Positions 40,735 to 50,328 of a stretch of 64,000 nucleotides of DNA are shown piece by piece. The notes beneath the pieces are model-generated. The model had not been told where the DNA came from and ran no database searches. It was given only the letters and a program-made list of their open reading frames with translations. The translations under genes and the position numbers were made by a program. Position 1 is the first letter of the stretch. Each line of letters starts with the position of its first letter. Source of the DNA: an uncultured Bacilli bacterium (GTDB lineage Bacteria; Bacillota_I; Bacilli_A; RFN20; CAG-826); assembly GCA_944350425.1 (NCBI GenBank), contig CALVOX010000001.1:106212-170211 (forward strand). The letters run 5' to 3'.

Positions 40735-40756
40735 GAAAATATTATAGCAAAAAATC

Positions 40757-41992
40757 TTAGTATTTTGAATAATAATAGTAATAAGATTTTAGATAATTTT
40801 GCTCTTCAACTTGAGATTTATAAAGCATTATTTTTTCTAAATTTTCACTTATTAAAATAAAAATAAAGAAATGAAACAAAATAAAATTTAATGATATATT
40901 TCCAGTAAGACTAGAAATAAAAAAACATAGAACAATTATAAGAAGATAAATAACGCATTTTTTAAGATTTACTATATTTATATATTTATAAGTAGCACTA
41001 TTCAATTTTTCATAAATTGCATATGAATCTTCTTTATTTTTAGACGCAAAAAAACTATTTTCTAAACTACTTATTTTATTTATATTTGTATTAAAAAATC
41101 TATTTTGAACAAATAATAATACTATTTGAGCTATTAAAACGATTCCTATAGAAATTAAATTCAAATAAGAATTTAAGCCTAAAATGATAATTGCAATTAA
41201 GACCATTAATATTGATGCAATAAGTTGACTTGGATCTACGAATAAAGACTTTTTAAGCTTTGTAATATTCAAATACTTCTCTTTAATTTTATCTTTACTA
41301 CGATTAAATATTTCATAAAATAAAGTCTTATCGACTTTTTTCATTGCATAGACTAAAAATTGCTGCTGGATTACGAAAAGCAAAGAGAATGAAAATACTA
41401 AAATTAAAGGAACGATAAAACTAAATTCTTCATTTACAAAGAAAAAAGTCACCGCTAAAAGTAAAAAAGATATTAACTGAATACCTAAAATAACAAGTTT
41501 ATATTTTAAAGGCATTAAAGTTTTATCTTTATGCTTATAATTAGATCCTTTTACAGAAATTACTTCTAAAAATTCTCCAGAAAATAACTTATAAAAATCT
41601 TTATATTTATATTTAATAAAACCAAGCGAGGAATCATAAACTTTAATGTATTTTGTTCCAATCTTATCAACATTAACAATATGACTAATCCCATTTCGAA
41701 TTAAAATTACTAAAATTTTTTTATTTTTAAGTAACTTTATCTCTTCTTTATTTTTAATTCTATATCCCTTAAGTTCCACCCCTTCATTTTTAGCAATAGT
41801 TATAAGTTGTTCAAGAGATAATGATTCGTTAAGATTAGCTTCAGGGTAAAATAAAAAATCTTTTCTTTTATAGATGTTTGCTAAAAGTATTTTTAAAGCA
41901 GTGATACCACAATCCTTATTACCTAATTGTTGAATATAATATTTCATAAAAACTCCTAAATATCTATATATATTCAAGAATGTTTTTATCAA
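40757..41992 (-). CDS. Peptidase C39-like domain fused to a truncated ABC-exporter-type membrane domain, with no ATPase domain
   Basis: The N-terminal QQLGNKDCGITAL matches the C39 cysteine-peptidase signature. About 5 TM helices follow. The ORF ends after the TMs at 411 aa. An AGGAG RBS is present. Confidence 0.5.
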   Translation of the reverse strand: MIKTFLNIYRYLGVFMKYYIQQLGNKDCGITALKILLANIYKRKDFLFYPEANLNESLSLEQLITIAKNEGVELKGYRIKNKEEIKLLKNKKILVILIRNGISHIVNVDKIGTKYIKVYDSSLGFIKYKYKDFYKLFSGEFLEVISVKGSNYKHKDKTLMPLKYKLVILGIQLISFLLLAVTFFFVNEEFSFIVPLILVFSFSLLFVIQQQFLVYAMKKVDKTLFYEIFNRSKDKIKEKYLNITKLKKSLFVDPSQLIASILMVLIAIIILGLNSYLNLISIGIVLIAQIVLLFVQNRFFNTNINKISSLENSFFASKNKEDSYAIYEKLNSATYKYINIVNLKKCVIYLLIIVLCFFISSLTGNISLNFILFHFFIFILISENLEKIMLYKSQVEEQNYLKSYYYYYSKY

Positions 41993-42013
41993 TAAAATTT
42001 ATCCCTCTAAAAA

Positions 42014-42041
42014 TTAAAAATCCCTACTTTTTTGTAGGGAT
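42014..42041 (-). terminator. Rho-independent terminator downstream of rpsU
   Basis: atccctac-tttttt-gtagggat hairpin followed by a T-run on the minus strand. Confidence 0.6.
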
Positions 42042-42048
42042 TAAATTT

Positions 42049-42222
42049 TTATCTATATTTTTTTCTAGCGTTTTCGCTTTTTAATTTTCTCTTAAGAGAT
42101 TTTTTTAAGAAGCATTCTCTTCTACGGCATTCTTGGATAGTTCCAGCTTTATTAACTTGTCTTTTAAATCTTCTTAAAGCTTCATCTAATGTTTCGCCTT
42201 CTCTAATAACTACTTTTGACAT
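42049..42222 (-). CDS. rpsU: 30S ribosomal protein S21. This gene is not in the ORF track.
   Basis: My translation [57 protein letters not shown] (57 aa) matches S21. A perfect AAGGAGGTGA RBS is present. Confidence 0.8.
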   Translation of the reverse strand: MSKVVIREGETLDEALRRFKRQVNKAGTIQECRRRECFLKKSLKRKLKSENARKKYR

Positions 42223-42292
42223 ATCTTGCTTTCACCTCCTTTTCCGTAAGCGCTTTGAATATGATATTAAAAAATAAGTCAAATTACAAGAA

Positions 42293-42931
42293 TTATTTCA
42301 TAAGTTTAACGCCACTTGATGTTCCAATTCTTGTAGCGCCGACTTTAACCATTTCTAATAATTCTTCGTGACTTCTAACACCACCGGCTGCTTTAACACC
42401 CATTTCAGGTCCAACAGTTTTTCTCATTAATTCAACATCGTGAACAGTTGCTCCATGAATTGAAAAACCGGTAGATGTTTTAACAAAATCAGCCTTAGCT
42501 TCTTTTGCAAGTAAACATGCTTTAACTTTTTCTTCGTCGTTTAATAAGCAACACTCTAAGATAACTTTTAAAACATGATCTCCACAAGCTTTTTTAATTT
42601 CAGCAATTTCGTTTTTAACATAATCATATTTTTTATCTTTTAATGCAGCAACATTAATAACCATATCAATTTCGTCTGCACCTTTTTCTAAAGCATCTTT
42701 TGTCTCAAAAACTTTAGCTTCAGTTGTCATTTGGCCTAATGGAAAGCCAATAACTGTACAAACCTTTACATCACTGCCAGAAAGTTCTTTTTTACAAAAA
42801 GGAATATAGTAAGGATTTACACAAACTGACATAAAATTCCATTCTTTGGATTCTTTGCATAAGCTTTTAATTTGCTCTTCAGTTGCATCAGCTTTTAATA
42901 AAGTATTATCAATTAATTTATTATATTCCAT
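42293..42931 (-). CDS. deoC: Deoxyribose-phosphate aldolase
   Basis: TIM-barrel aldolase: the Schiff-base Lys region (DFVKTSTGF) and the N-terminus LIDNTLLKADATEEQI. Length 212 aa. Confidence 0.85.
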   Translation of the reverse strand: MEYNKLIDNTLLKADATEEQIKSLCKESKEWNFMSVCVNPYYIPFCKKELSGSDVKVCTVIGFPLGQMTTEAKVFETKDALEKGADEIDMVINVAALKDKKYDYVKNEIAEIKKACGDHVLKVILECCLLNDEEKVKACLLAKEAKADFVKTSTGFSIHGATVHDVELMRKTVGPEMGVKAAGGVRSHEELLEMVKVGATRIGTSSGVKLMK

Positions 42932-42974
42932 AAATATCCTCTAATTTTAAAAAAATAAGGCTCTTTAAAGAGTC

Positions 42975-43160
42975 TTATTTTGATGTTTTAACATTTAAAA
43001 CTTGTTTTCCATCATAATATCCACATTTTTTGCAGACTGTATGAGGTTTTACAATAGCACCACAGTGTTCGCAAACACAGACGCCATCAATATGTAATTT
43101 ATAATGTGTTCTTCTTAATCTTTTTGCTGTTTTACTAGTTCTTCTAAAAGGTACTGCCAT
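42975..43160 (-). CDS. rpmF: 50S ribosomal protein L32
   Basis: [19 protein letters not shown] ... CEHCG ... CKKCG zinc ribbon. Length 61 aa. Confidence 0.85.
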   Translation of the reverse strand: MAVPFRRTSKTAKRLRRTHYKLHIDGVCVCEHCGAIVKPHTVCKKCGYYDGKQVLNVKTSK

Positions 43161-43186
43161 TTCTAATTTCCTCCAAAAACATTGAT

Positions 43187-43214
43187 ATTATACACGAAAA
43201 AATAGTTTTTTCAA
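43187..43214 (-). promoter_or_regulatory. Sigma-70-type promoter for rpmF on the minus strand: TTGAAA, 16-nt spacer, TATAAT
   Basis: On the minus strand the sequence reads gTTGAAAaaactattttttcgtgTATAATatcaatgtttttGGAGGaaattagaaATG. Confidence 0.55.
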
Positions 43215-43268
43215 CGTCAATTTTTTTACAGTGTAAAAAGAACAATAAATATCAGTTAATATGTTTTT

Positions 43269-44543
43269 TTATTTATAAATAACTTTTCTAATTTGACCTC
43301 TTAAATCTTCGCATGAAGTCACTTTAACCTCTAAAAAATTAGATGAATGACCAACAAAGTAGCCATCTTCTTCTGTTTCAAAAAGAAAATCTAATTCTTT
43401 TCCTTTAAAAAGGGAATCATATTCTTGAGCAAGTTCATTTGATAATCCAATTAATTTATTCACCCTTTCTTTTTTAATAGATGGGGAAATTTGTCCGCTC
43501 AATCTTGCTGCTATAGTTCCTTCTCTTGGTGAATAAGGAAAAACATGAATCTTAGAAAATTTTATCTCTTTTGCAAAATTAAAAGTATCTAAAAAGTCAT
43601 TTTCATCTTCTTGTGGAAAACCAACAATTATATCAGTTGAAAGAGCAATGTCAGGTCTTACTTCTCTAATTTTTTTAATCTTAGAAATAAAAGCTTCTGG
43701 ATTATATTTACGGCGCATTAATTCTTCAATTTTTTTAGATCCACTTTGTAATGGGATATGTAAATGATTCGCAATGACATCATATTTTTGGAGTAATTCA
43801 ATAAATTTTTCATCTATTCTACTTTCCTCGATCGAAGAAATTCTTAAACGATATAAATCTTTGCAATTAATGCAAATATCTTCAATTAAACTTGAAAAAG
43901 TATAATTTTGGTAATTATCTAGTCCATAACTAGACATATCTATTCCCGTTAATACTACCTCTTTATAGCCATTTTTAACTAAATCATTTATCTCTTTGAT
44001 AATATCTTCTTTTGCTCTACTTCTAGATCTTCCTCTTACAAAAGGAATTAAACAATAAGAACAAAAGTTATTACATCCATCTTGAATTTTTACATAAGCT
44101 CTAGTGTGTTCATGAAAATATTTAAGAGATAAATTCTCATATTTTCTTTCTTTTTCTTCATCTTTTAAAACTATAGTTTCGTGTTTTGAAAGATACTCTT
44201 CTATTAAATCAACTAGTTTATCTCTGTGTTGAGTTCCAATAACTATATCAGCACCTAGTTTAGAAGAAATTTCTTCATAGCCAAAATTAGCATAGCATCC
44301 CATAACTGCAATGACAGCATTTGGATATTTTCTTCTAGCACTAGAAATATATTTTCTATCTTTTGAAACACTAGTTTTTGTAACTGCACAAGTGTTAATT
44401 ATTACAATATCTGGGGAAGAATCTTGATTTTTATCAAAAAATTTATAGCCTCTACTTTCTAAAGTATTAGCAATTGATTCACCTTCATAATAATTTACTT
44501 TACAACCAAGAGATTCGATTAAAAAATTTAAATGTTTTTCCAT
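43269..44543 (-). CDS. mtaB: MiaB-family radical-SAM tRNA methylthiotransferase (MtaB/YqeV-like)
   Basis: MTTase N-domain cysteines, the radical-SAM CNNFCSYC motif and a TRAM domain. It sits at the yqeV position in the Bacillus-like gene order. Confidence 0.7.
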   Translation of the reverse strand: MEKHLNFLIESLGCKVNYYEGESIANTLESRGYKFFDKNQDSSPDIVIINTCAVTKTSVSKDRKYISSARRKYPNAVIAVMGCYANFGYEEISSKLGADIVIGTQHRDKLVDLIEEYLSKHETIVLKDEEKERKYENLSLKYFHEHTRAYVKIQDGCNNFCSYCLIPFVRGRSRSRAKEDIIKEINDLVKNGYKEVVLTGIDMSSYGLDNYQNYTFSSLIEDICINCKDLYRLRISSIEESRIDEKFIELLQKYDVIANHLHIPLQSGSKKIEELMRRKYNPEAFISKIKKIREVRPDIALSTDIIVGFPQEDENDFLDTFNFAKEIKFSKIHVFPYSPREGTIAARLSGQISPSIKKERVNKLIGLSNELAQEYDSLFKGKELDFLFETEEDGYFVGHSSNFLEVKVTSCEDLRGQIRKVIYK

Positions 44544-45295
44544 TTTGAAATCCTTTTATATACGGTATAACTAATTAATTTGTTTTCATAAAGACTAAAG
44601 ATAAAATCGATAAAGTTGTTTTCATAATAGTTTTTTACAACGTTTTTTACCCTTTGAATGATTTTTTCGCGGTTTATCGTCTTTATGTGTTTATCAAAAA
44701 GAGTAATAAAATTATCAAGATATCCTTGTTTAGAAATAATAAATATTACACATAGATCATAATGATAAAAAGCACATGATGTCTCATCTTCATCGACCTT
44801 AATAAGTTGGGTAAAAATCGAATCAAAGATAGAGATTTTATAAGTTTCAAACGGATTGACTAAAAATGCTTCATATTTCTTTTTTAAATCATCGTAGGGA
44901 GGTTTATTTATATCTTCGAATTTTTCTGAATAAATAAGATTAGTTGATTTATTAAAGAAAGGGATAAATATTTTTTGATTTTCGCTCGTAAGTAAATAAG
45001 GTAAATCACGGCTTCTATTTACTATATTTTGTCTTATTTGTTGGTTAGTATTAAAGTTTTTATTTAAAAGTTCTTCTTCTATAATTAAATCTAAATTTAT
45101 TTTGTTAATAATAGACTTAATCAGAATATTACATTTAATAATATCAAAAATATCATCAACCTTATCAAAATTGATTGATGCAATATTTTCTTCTAAAAGA
45201 TATCGATAATCTTTAAAGAAATGATATTCTTTCGAAGAATATATTCTTTTTTTATTTCTTTCTTCGTATAAATATTTATAAATGTGATGGTTCAT
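44528..45295 (-). CDS. Hypothetical protein (255 aa), cotranscribed between rsmE and mtaB
   Basis: The ORF is intact and overlaps both neighbouring genes (a 3-nt gap to rsmE and a 16-nt overlap with mtaB). I could not recognise any motif. Confidence 0.45.
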   Translation of the reverse strand: MNHHIYKYLYEERNKKRIYSSKEYHFFKDYRYLLEENIASINFDKVDDIFDIIKCNILIKSIINKINLDLIIEEELLNKNFNTNQQIRQNIVNRSRDLPYLLTSENQKIFIPFFNKSTNLIYSEKFEDINKPPYDDLKKKYEAFLVNPFETYKISIFDSIFTQLIKVDEDETSCAFYHYDLCVIFIISKQGYLDNFITLFDKHIKTINREKIIQRVKNVVKNYYENNFIDFIFSLYENKLISYTVYKRISKWKNI

Positions 45296-45297
45296 AA

Positions 45298-46029
45298 TTA
45301 ATTAAGATAAAAATTAAACAAAGATAATAAAGCAATTGCCGCCGTTTCACTACGTAATATTCTTTTACCTAAAGATATATTTTTAAAGTTAAATGAATTA
45401 GCAATTTCAACTTCTTTTTCACTAAATCCGCCTTCAGGACCAACAAGAACGTTTATTATTTTATCATTCAAATTCTCCAAATCATCGATTAAAACGTTGT
45501 TTTTTGAAGAAAACTCTTTTTCATAAGCTATATAGTTAAAATTATTCTCTTTATAAAGTGATAATTCATTAATATTATCTAGCACTAATTCAATTGATGG
45601 TATGATAAGACGATGAGATTGTTCAGCCGCATTTTTAGCAATTTCATTCAATCTTTTTAGTTTTTTATCTTTCTTTTCTTTTGTGATTTTTGCAATACAT
45701 CTTTCAGAATTTAATAATACTATTTCGCTTACACCAAGTTCTGTTGCTTTTTGAACTACTAAATCTAATTTATCTCCTTTAGGAATAGAGTAAATTAATC
45801 TAACAAAAGACGTTAATTCAGGATCAAAATTAATCTTTTCAACTGCTTTAGCTTTAAGGCTAGGAGAAACACTAATGATCTCAGCTAAGTATAATTCTTT
45901 GTTTACAACAACTTCTACTTTTTTTCCAATTTGAAAGTTCAAGACTTTTAACAAATGCTTTGTATCAGTATCAGTAAAAATAATCTCATCGTTCTCATCA
46001 AAAGAAGCAAAAAGTCGATGATAACTCAC
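45298..46029 (-). CDS. rsmE: 16S rRNA (uracil1498-N3)-methyltransferase RsmE (YqeU)
   Basis: C-terminal VGPEGGFSEKE...LGKRILRSETA SPOUT-MTase motif. Confidence 0.8.
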   Translation of the reverse strand: MSYHRLFASFDENDEIIFTDTDTKHLLKVLNFQIGKKVEVVVNKELYLAEIISVSPSLKAKAVEKINFDPELTSFVRLIYSIPKGDKLDLVVQKATELGVSEIVLLNSERCIAKITKEKKDKKLKRLNEIAKNAAEQSHRLIIPSIELVLDNINELSLYKENNFNYIAYEKEFSSKNNVLIDDLENLNDKIINVLVGPEGGFSEKEVEIANSFNFKNISLGKRILRSETAAIALLSLFNFYLN

Positions 46030-46466
46030 TTTAAAGTTACTCCCTTTTCATCAAATGGATTTTTTTTAATAGCAAGTTTTACAATTCCAAAAACAAGATA
46101 CACAAAATATAAAATTCCAAAAGGTAATAAAACGGATAAAATCAAAAGCGCATTATCAGAAAAATATATCGTTAAAAATAAAGCTAGATAAAAAGCAATG
46201 TTAATTCCAAGTCTAATTAAGCCAAGTTTAATTCTTCCAATATAAAATAAATCAGCAGAAAAAATAGATAAAAACATAGATAAAACATAGTAAATATTTA
46301 AACTATGTTGTTTAAAGTTTTTGTCTTCAAAATAAACTTGATCGATAGATTGAGTTACACAAGAATCTTCTACATAATTTTCGATAGGCTTTTTACATCC
46401 ACAATAAGGACATATTTCTTTGTTAAATTTTGTTAATCTTGCACCACAATTTTTGCATTTTAACAT
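46026..46466 (-). CDS. Zinc-ribbon plus TM2-domain membrane protein. The start is trimmed to the RBS-supported ATG.
   Basis: N-terminal CKNCG...CPYCG zinc ribbon and a TM2-domain signature (DLFYIGRIKLGLIRLG). The RBS AGGAAGGA lies 8 nt before the ATG at 46466. Confidence 0.5.
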   Translation of the reverse strand: MLKCKNCGARLTKFNKEICPYCGCKKPIENYVEDSCVTQSIDQVYFEDKNFKQHSLNIYYVLSMFLSIFSADLFYIGRIKLGLIRLGINIAFYLALFLTIYFSDNALLILSVLLPFGILYFVYLVFGIVKLAIKKNPFDEKGVTLK

Positions 46467-46523
46467 AAAAAAATCCTTCCTTTTGCTAGATAATATGATA
46501 ACACAAATATCATATATTTTTAA

Positions 46524-46552
46524 CAAAAAAAGCCTAGAGTTTAAATCTAGGC
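46524..46552 (-). terminator. Rho-independent terminator of the hrcA-grpE-dnaK-dnaJ operon
   Basis: agcctaga-gtttaaat-tctaggct hairpin 6 nt after the dnaJ stop, followed by a T7 run on the minus strand. Confidence 0.7.
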
Positions 46553-46558
46553 TCGAAG

Positions 46559-47713
46559 TTATTTTTTAAATCCTTTAGAGAACTTACTAAAAAAGGAATC
46601 ATCGCTACTTGTTGCTGCTTTATAGGCTTCAAGAGCTTGCTTTTGGTTTTTATTAAGTTTTGTTGGAATTTTTAAGTCTATATGGACATATTCATCACCA
46701 TAATCATTTCCTCTAAGGTTTTTAACACCTTTATCTTTTAATCTAAAAACTTGATTTGGTTGTGTTCCGGCAGGAATTTTTAAATTAATATCTCCATAGA
46801 CTGTAGGAACTGTAATTGTGTTTCCTAAAACAGCATCAATAAAATCAAGTGGCACTACAACATGAATATCGTTACCTTCTCTTTTAAAGAAGCTATGTTC
46901 AGCAACAATTACTTCGATATATAAATCGCCATTTGGACCACCATTAGAGCCTCTTTCACCCATTCCTTGAACTCTAATTTGTTGACCGGATTGAATGCCA
47001 GCAGGAATATTGATTTCCTTATCTTTTTTAACTCTCTTATAACCTTTACCACCACAATCAGGACATTTTGAATTAATAATTTTTCCTGTACCGCCACAAT
47101 ATGGACATGTAGTTTCAGTTTGCATTGTGCCAAAGAAAGTTTGAGTTTGTTTAATTACTCTACCTCTACCATTACAGTGAGGACATGTTTGATAATCAGT
47201 TCCGTTTTTTGCTCCGGTACCCTTGCAAGAAGCACATTGTTCATCATAATTTATTGTGATAGGAACGGTTTTACCATTAATTGCATCCATAAAATTGATT
47301 TTGATACGCATTAAAGTATCATCACCTCTTCTAGGACCTGCACTTCTAGATGAACTTCTTGCTCCTCCAAAAGCACCTCCGAACATTCTTGAAAGAATAT
47401 CGTTTATATCACCAAAATCATCTGATCCAAAATTAAATCCTTCAAAACCTGAACCAGAGAATGGATTTTGTCCACCACTAGCTTGGTCGAAAGCACTAAA
47501 TCCAAATTGATCGTAGGTTTTTCTTTTATTTTCATCACTTAAAACAGAATAAGCTTCTGTAGCTTCTTTAAACTTTTCAGCATCACCTGTTTCTTTATTA
47601 TCAGGATGGTATTTTTTAGCAAGTTTTCTATAAGCACTTTTAATTTGGTCTTGCGTAGCAGTTTTATCAACACCTAAAACCTCATAATAATCACGTTTAT
47701 TCGATTGCGCCAT
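46559..47713 (-). CDS. dnaJ: Chaperone DnaJ
   Basis: J-domain with HPD, a G/F-rich region and four CxxCxGxG zinc-finger repeats. Confidence 0.92.
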   Translation of the reverse strand: MAQSNKRDYYEVLGVDKTATQDQIKSAYRKLAKKYHPDNKETGDAEKFKEATEAYSVLSDENKRKTYDQFGFSAFDQASGGQNPFSGSGFEGFNFGSDDFGDINDILSRMFGGAFGGARSSSRSAGPRRGDDTLMRIKINFMDAINGKTVPITINYDEQCASCKGTGAKNGTDYQTCPHCNGRGRVIKQTQTFFGTMQTETTCPYCGGTGKIINSKCPDCGGKGYKRVKKDKEINIPAGIQSGQQIRVQGMGERGSNGGPNGDLYIEVIVAEHSFFKREGNDIHVVVPLDFIDAVLGNTITVPTVYGDINLKIPAGTQPNQVFRLKDKGVKNLRGNDYGDEYVHIDLKIPTKLNKNQKQALEAYKAATSSDDSFFSKFSKGFKK

Positions 47714-47740
47714 AAAATTACCTCCTCAAACAACACATAA

Positions 47741-47772
47741 ATAGAGGGAAGCAACTTATTTCTTCCCTCTAT
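47741..47772 (-). other. Intercistronic stem-loop between dnaK and dnaJ (possible partial terminator or processing site)
   Basis: An 11-bp perfect stem atagagggaag / cttccctctat with a 10-nt loop. Confidence 0.45.
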
Positions 47773-47785
47773 CACTGATTAACAA

Positions 47786-49651
47786 TTACTTATTATCGGT
47801 GAAATCGGCATCGATAACATCGTCATTTTTACGTTCACTTGATTCTTCGTTTGTTGAAGAACTTTCGTTACTTGTAGTTGTTGATTCTTGAGGATTTGTA
47901 TTGGTTGCACCACTTGAAGATGCTTGAGCTTGTTGCATATAAGCAGCTGCTTTTTCAAGTTCGCCAATTTTATTTCTTAATGTATTGATATCGTTATTAT
48001 CAAGAGCAGATTTCAATTCATCTCTTAATTTAACAGTTTCTTCTTTTTGTTTTGGATCAATAGAATCGCCTTTTTCTCTTAAAGCGTTATCAATTTCGCT
48101 AATGAATGATTCAGCTTTATTCTTAAGTTCAATTTCTTCTTTTCTTCTTTGATCAGCTTCTTTATTAGCTTCGGCTTCTCTAACCATTCTATCGATTTCT
48201 TCTTTGGATAATCCATTAGAACCAGAAATTGTAATTTCTTGTTCTTTTTGAGTATCTAAGTCTTTTGCTGAAACTTTAACGATACCATTAACATCGATAT
48301 TGAATGTAACTTCAATTCTTGGGGTTCCTCTTGGTGCTGGTTTAATACCGCTTAATTGGAAGTGGCCTAATAATTTATTGTCTCTAGCAATTTGTCTTTC
48401 ACCTTGATAAACCATAATATCAACAGCTGGTTGGTTATCTGCAGCAGTTGAGAAAATTTGTGATTTTGTTGTTGGGATTGTAGTATTTCTTTGAATTAAT
48501 GGAGTCATAACACCACCCATTGTTTCAATACCTAAAGTTAAAGGTGTAACGTCAAGTAAGATAACATCCTTAACATCGCCACTTAAAATACCACCTTGGA
48601 AAGCTGCGCCAATAGAGACGGCTTCATCTGGGTTTACTGAAAGGTTAATCTTCTTACCAGTAGTTTTTGTAACTAATTCTTGAACAGCTGGCATTCTAAT
48701 AGACCCACCAATCATTAAGATTTCATCAATATCATTCCAAGATAATTTTGCATCTTTAATAGCATCTTCGAGTGGTTTTAAACATCTATCAAGTAAATGT
48801 CTTGTTAATTCTTGGAATTTAGCTCTTGTAATCTTTGTTTCAAATGAAATAGGACCTGCATTTCCCATACCAATGAATGGTAATGAAATTGTAGTTTCTA
48901 AGTTAGATGAAAGTTCGATTTTTGCTTTTTCAGCTGCATCTTTATATCTTTGTAATGCCATCTTATCAGAAATATCGACATTATATTCGATCTTGATTTG
49001 TGCTCTAATCCAATCAGCTAAAACATTATCCCAGTCATCACCGCCGAGTTTGTTATCACCTGCAGTTGAAACGACTTCGAAAGTGCCATCGCCAATATCA
49101 AGGATAGAAACATCGAGTGTACCACCACCTAAATCGAAGACAGCTATTTTTTCACTCTTGTCTTTACCTAAACCATAAGCTAAAACTGCTGCAGTTGGTT
49201 CGTTAATAATTCTTACTACATCAAGTCCAGCAATTGTACCAGCATCTTTTGTTGCTTGTCTTTGAGCATCGTTGAAGTATGCAGGACATGTAATAACTGC
49301 TTTTTTAACTTCGTGTCCAATATTAGCTTCTGCATAAGATTTCATATAAGCAAGAACTTTTGCAGAAATTTCTTGTGGTGTAAAATCCTTATTAATGCAA
49401 TTAATATGAACTTTTTCATCTGAACCCATTTTTCTTTTAATAGATGAAACAGTATCAGGATTAGTAATTGCTTGTCTTTTTGCAGCGTTACCAACAATAA
49501 CTTCATTGTCAGCTTTAAAACCGACGACAGATGGAGTTGTCATTGTTCCTTCTGGGTTTGGGATAACTTTAACTGTTCCATCAGCTTGTAAATATGAAAC
49601 AACAGAATTAGTTGTACCTAAGTCAATACCTAAAATAATTTCTTTTGCCAT
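47786..49651 (-). CDS. dnaK: Chaperone DnaK (Hsp70)
   Basis: IDLGTTNS and DLGGGTFD motifs. Length 621 aa. Confidence 0.97.
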   Translation of the reverse strand: MAKEIILGIDLGTTNSVVSYLQADGTVKVIPNPEGTMTTPSVVGFKADNEVIVGNAAKRQAITNPDTVSSIKRKMGSDEKVHINCINKDFTPQEISAKVLAYMKSYAEANIGHEVKKAVITCPAYFNDAQRQATKDAGTIAGLDVVRIINEPTAAVLAYGLGKDKSEKIAVFDLGGGTLDVSILDIGDGTFEVVSTAGDNKLGGDDWDNVLADWIRAQIKIEYNVDISDKMALQRYKDAAEKAKIELSSNLETTISLPFIGMGNAGPISFETKITRAKFQELTRHLLDRCLKPLEDAIKDAKLSWNDIDEILMIGGSIRMPAVQELVTKTTGKKINLSVNPDEAVSIGAAFQGGILSGDVKDVILLDVTPLTLGIETMGGVMTPLIQRNTTIPTTKSQIFSTAADNQPAVDIMVYQGERQIARDNKLLGHFQLSGIKPAPRGTPRIEVTFNIDVNGIVKVSAKDLDTQKEQEITISGSNGLSKEEIDRMVREAEANKEADQRRKEEIELKNKAESFISEIDNALREKGDSIDPKQKEETVKLRDELKSALDNNDINTLRNKIGELEKAAAYMQQAQASSSGATNTNPQESTTTSNESSSTNEESSERKNDDVIDADFTDNK

Positions 49652-49674
49652 ATAAATGTAACCTCCGTGAAATT

Positions 49675-50328
49675 TTATTTAGATTCTTCTTGAGAATTTT
49701 CTTCTTTTTCTTCAACTTCTTTTTCAGTTTTATGACAACTTACTTTAACCATTGCTGGTCTAATTAAGTGATCATAGAGCTTATATCCTTTTAAAACTTG
49801 CTCTTTGACAAGATTTTCTTCACCATCAGATTCAATCTTATCTATAGCTTGCATAGTTTTTGGATCAAATTTTTCATCTAATGAAGGGTTAATCGCTTTA
49901 ACACCTTCATTATCTAATATGCCAAGTAGAGTTGAATAGACATATTGGAAACCTTTTAAATAGTTTTTAGTTTCTTCGTTTTGTGGGTTGTTTTTTAGTG
50001 CTAATTCGAATGAATCAAGAACCATCAATAAGTCATGAACGAAACCTTCAATTCTGTATTTAACAGCCTCGGAATGATCCTTTTGAATATCTTTTCTTAA
50101 GTTTGCCATATCAGCATAAGCTCTGTAATATTCATTCTTCCACTTTTCAACTTCTTGTTTTAACTTTTCAATTTCATCATCTTTTTTTGCTAACTTCTTT
50201 TTATAAGATGCTTTCATTGAAATGTTTTCTTCAGGAACTTCTTCGCTTGTATTTACATTTGAAGCTTTTTCTTCGTTTTCTGAAGTTTGTTCAGCTTCTT
50301 GTTGCTCTTTAATTTCTTCATTAAGCAT
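49675..50328 (-). CDS. grpE: Nucleotide exchange factor GrpE
   Basis: Coiled-coil N-terminus plus a GrpE core, positioned between hrcA and dnaK. Confidence 0.85.
   Translation of the reverse strand: MLNEEIKEQQEAEQTSENEEKASNVNTSEEVPEENISMKASYKKKLAKKDDEIEKLKQEVEKWKNEYYRAYADMANLRKDIQKDHSEAVKYRIEGFVHDLLMVLDSFELALKNNPQNEETKNYLKGFQYVYSTLLGILDNEGVKAINPSLDEKFDPKTMQAIDKIESDGEENLVKEQVLKGYKLYDHLIRPAMVKVSCHKTEKEVEEKEENSQEESK

Noticed and set aside
43230-43250. Palindrome TTACAgTGTAA downstream of mtaB, considered as a terminator
   Set aside because: The 1-nt loop cannot form a stable hairpin, so it is more likely a short protein-binding palindrome or chance.
45955-49178. Multiple small ORFs overlapping rsmE, dnaJ and dnaK (45955.., 46909.., 47120.., 47256.., 47779.., 48873..)
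   Set aside because: All are embedded in highly conserved chaperone or methyltransferase genes. Several are Gly/Pro/Ser-rich mirror translations of the DnaJ G/F region.
50103-50312. 69-aa + strand ORF inside grpE
   Set aside because: It is antisense to grpE. Its Leu-rich translation is a codon mirror of the grpE coiled coil.
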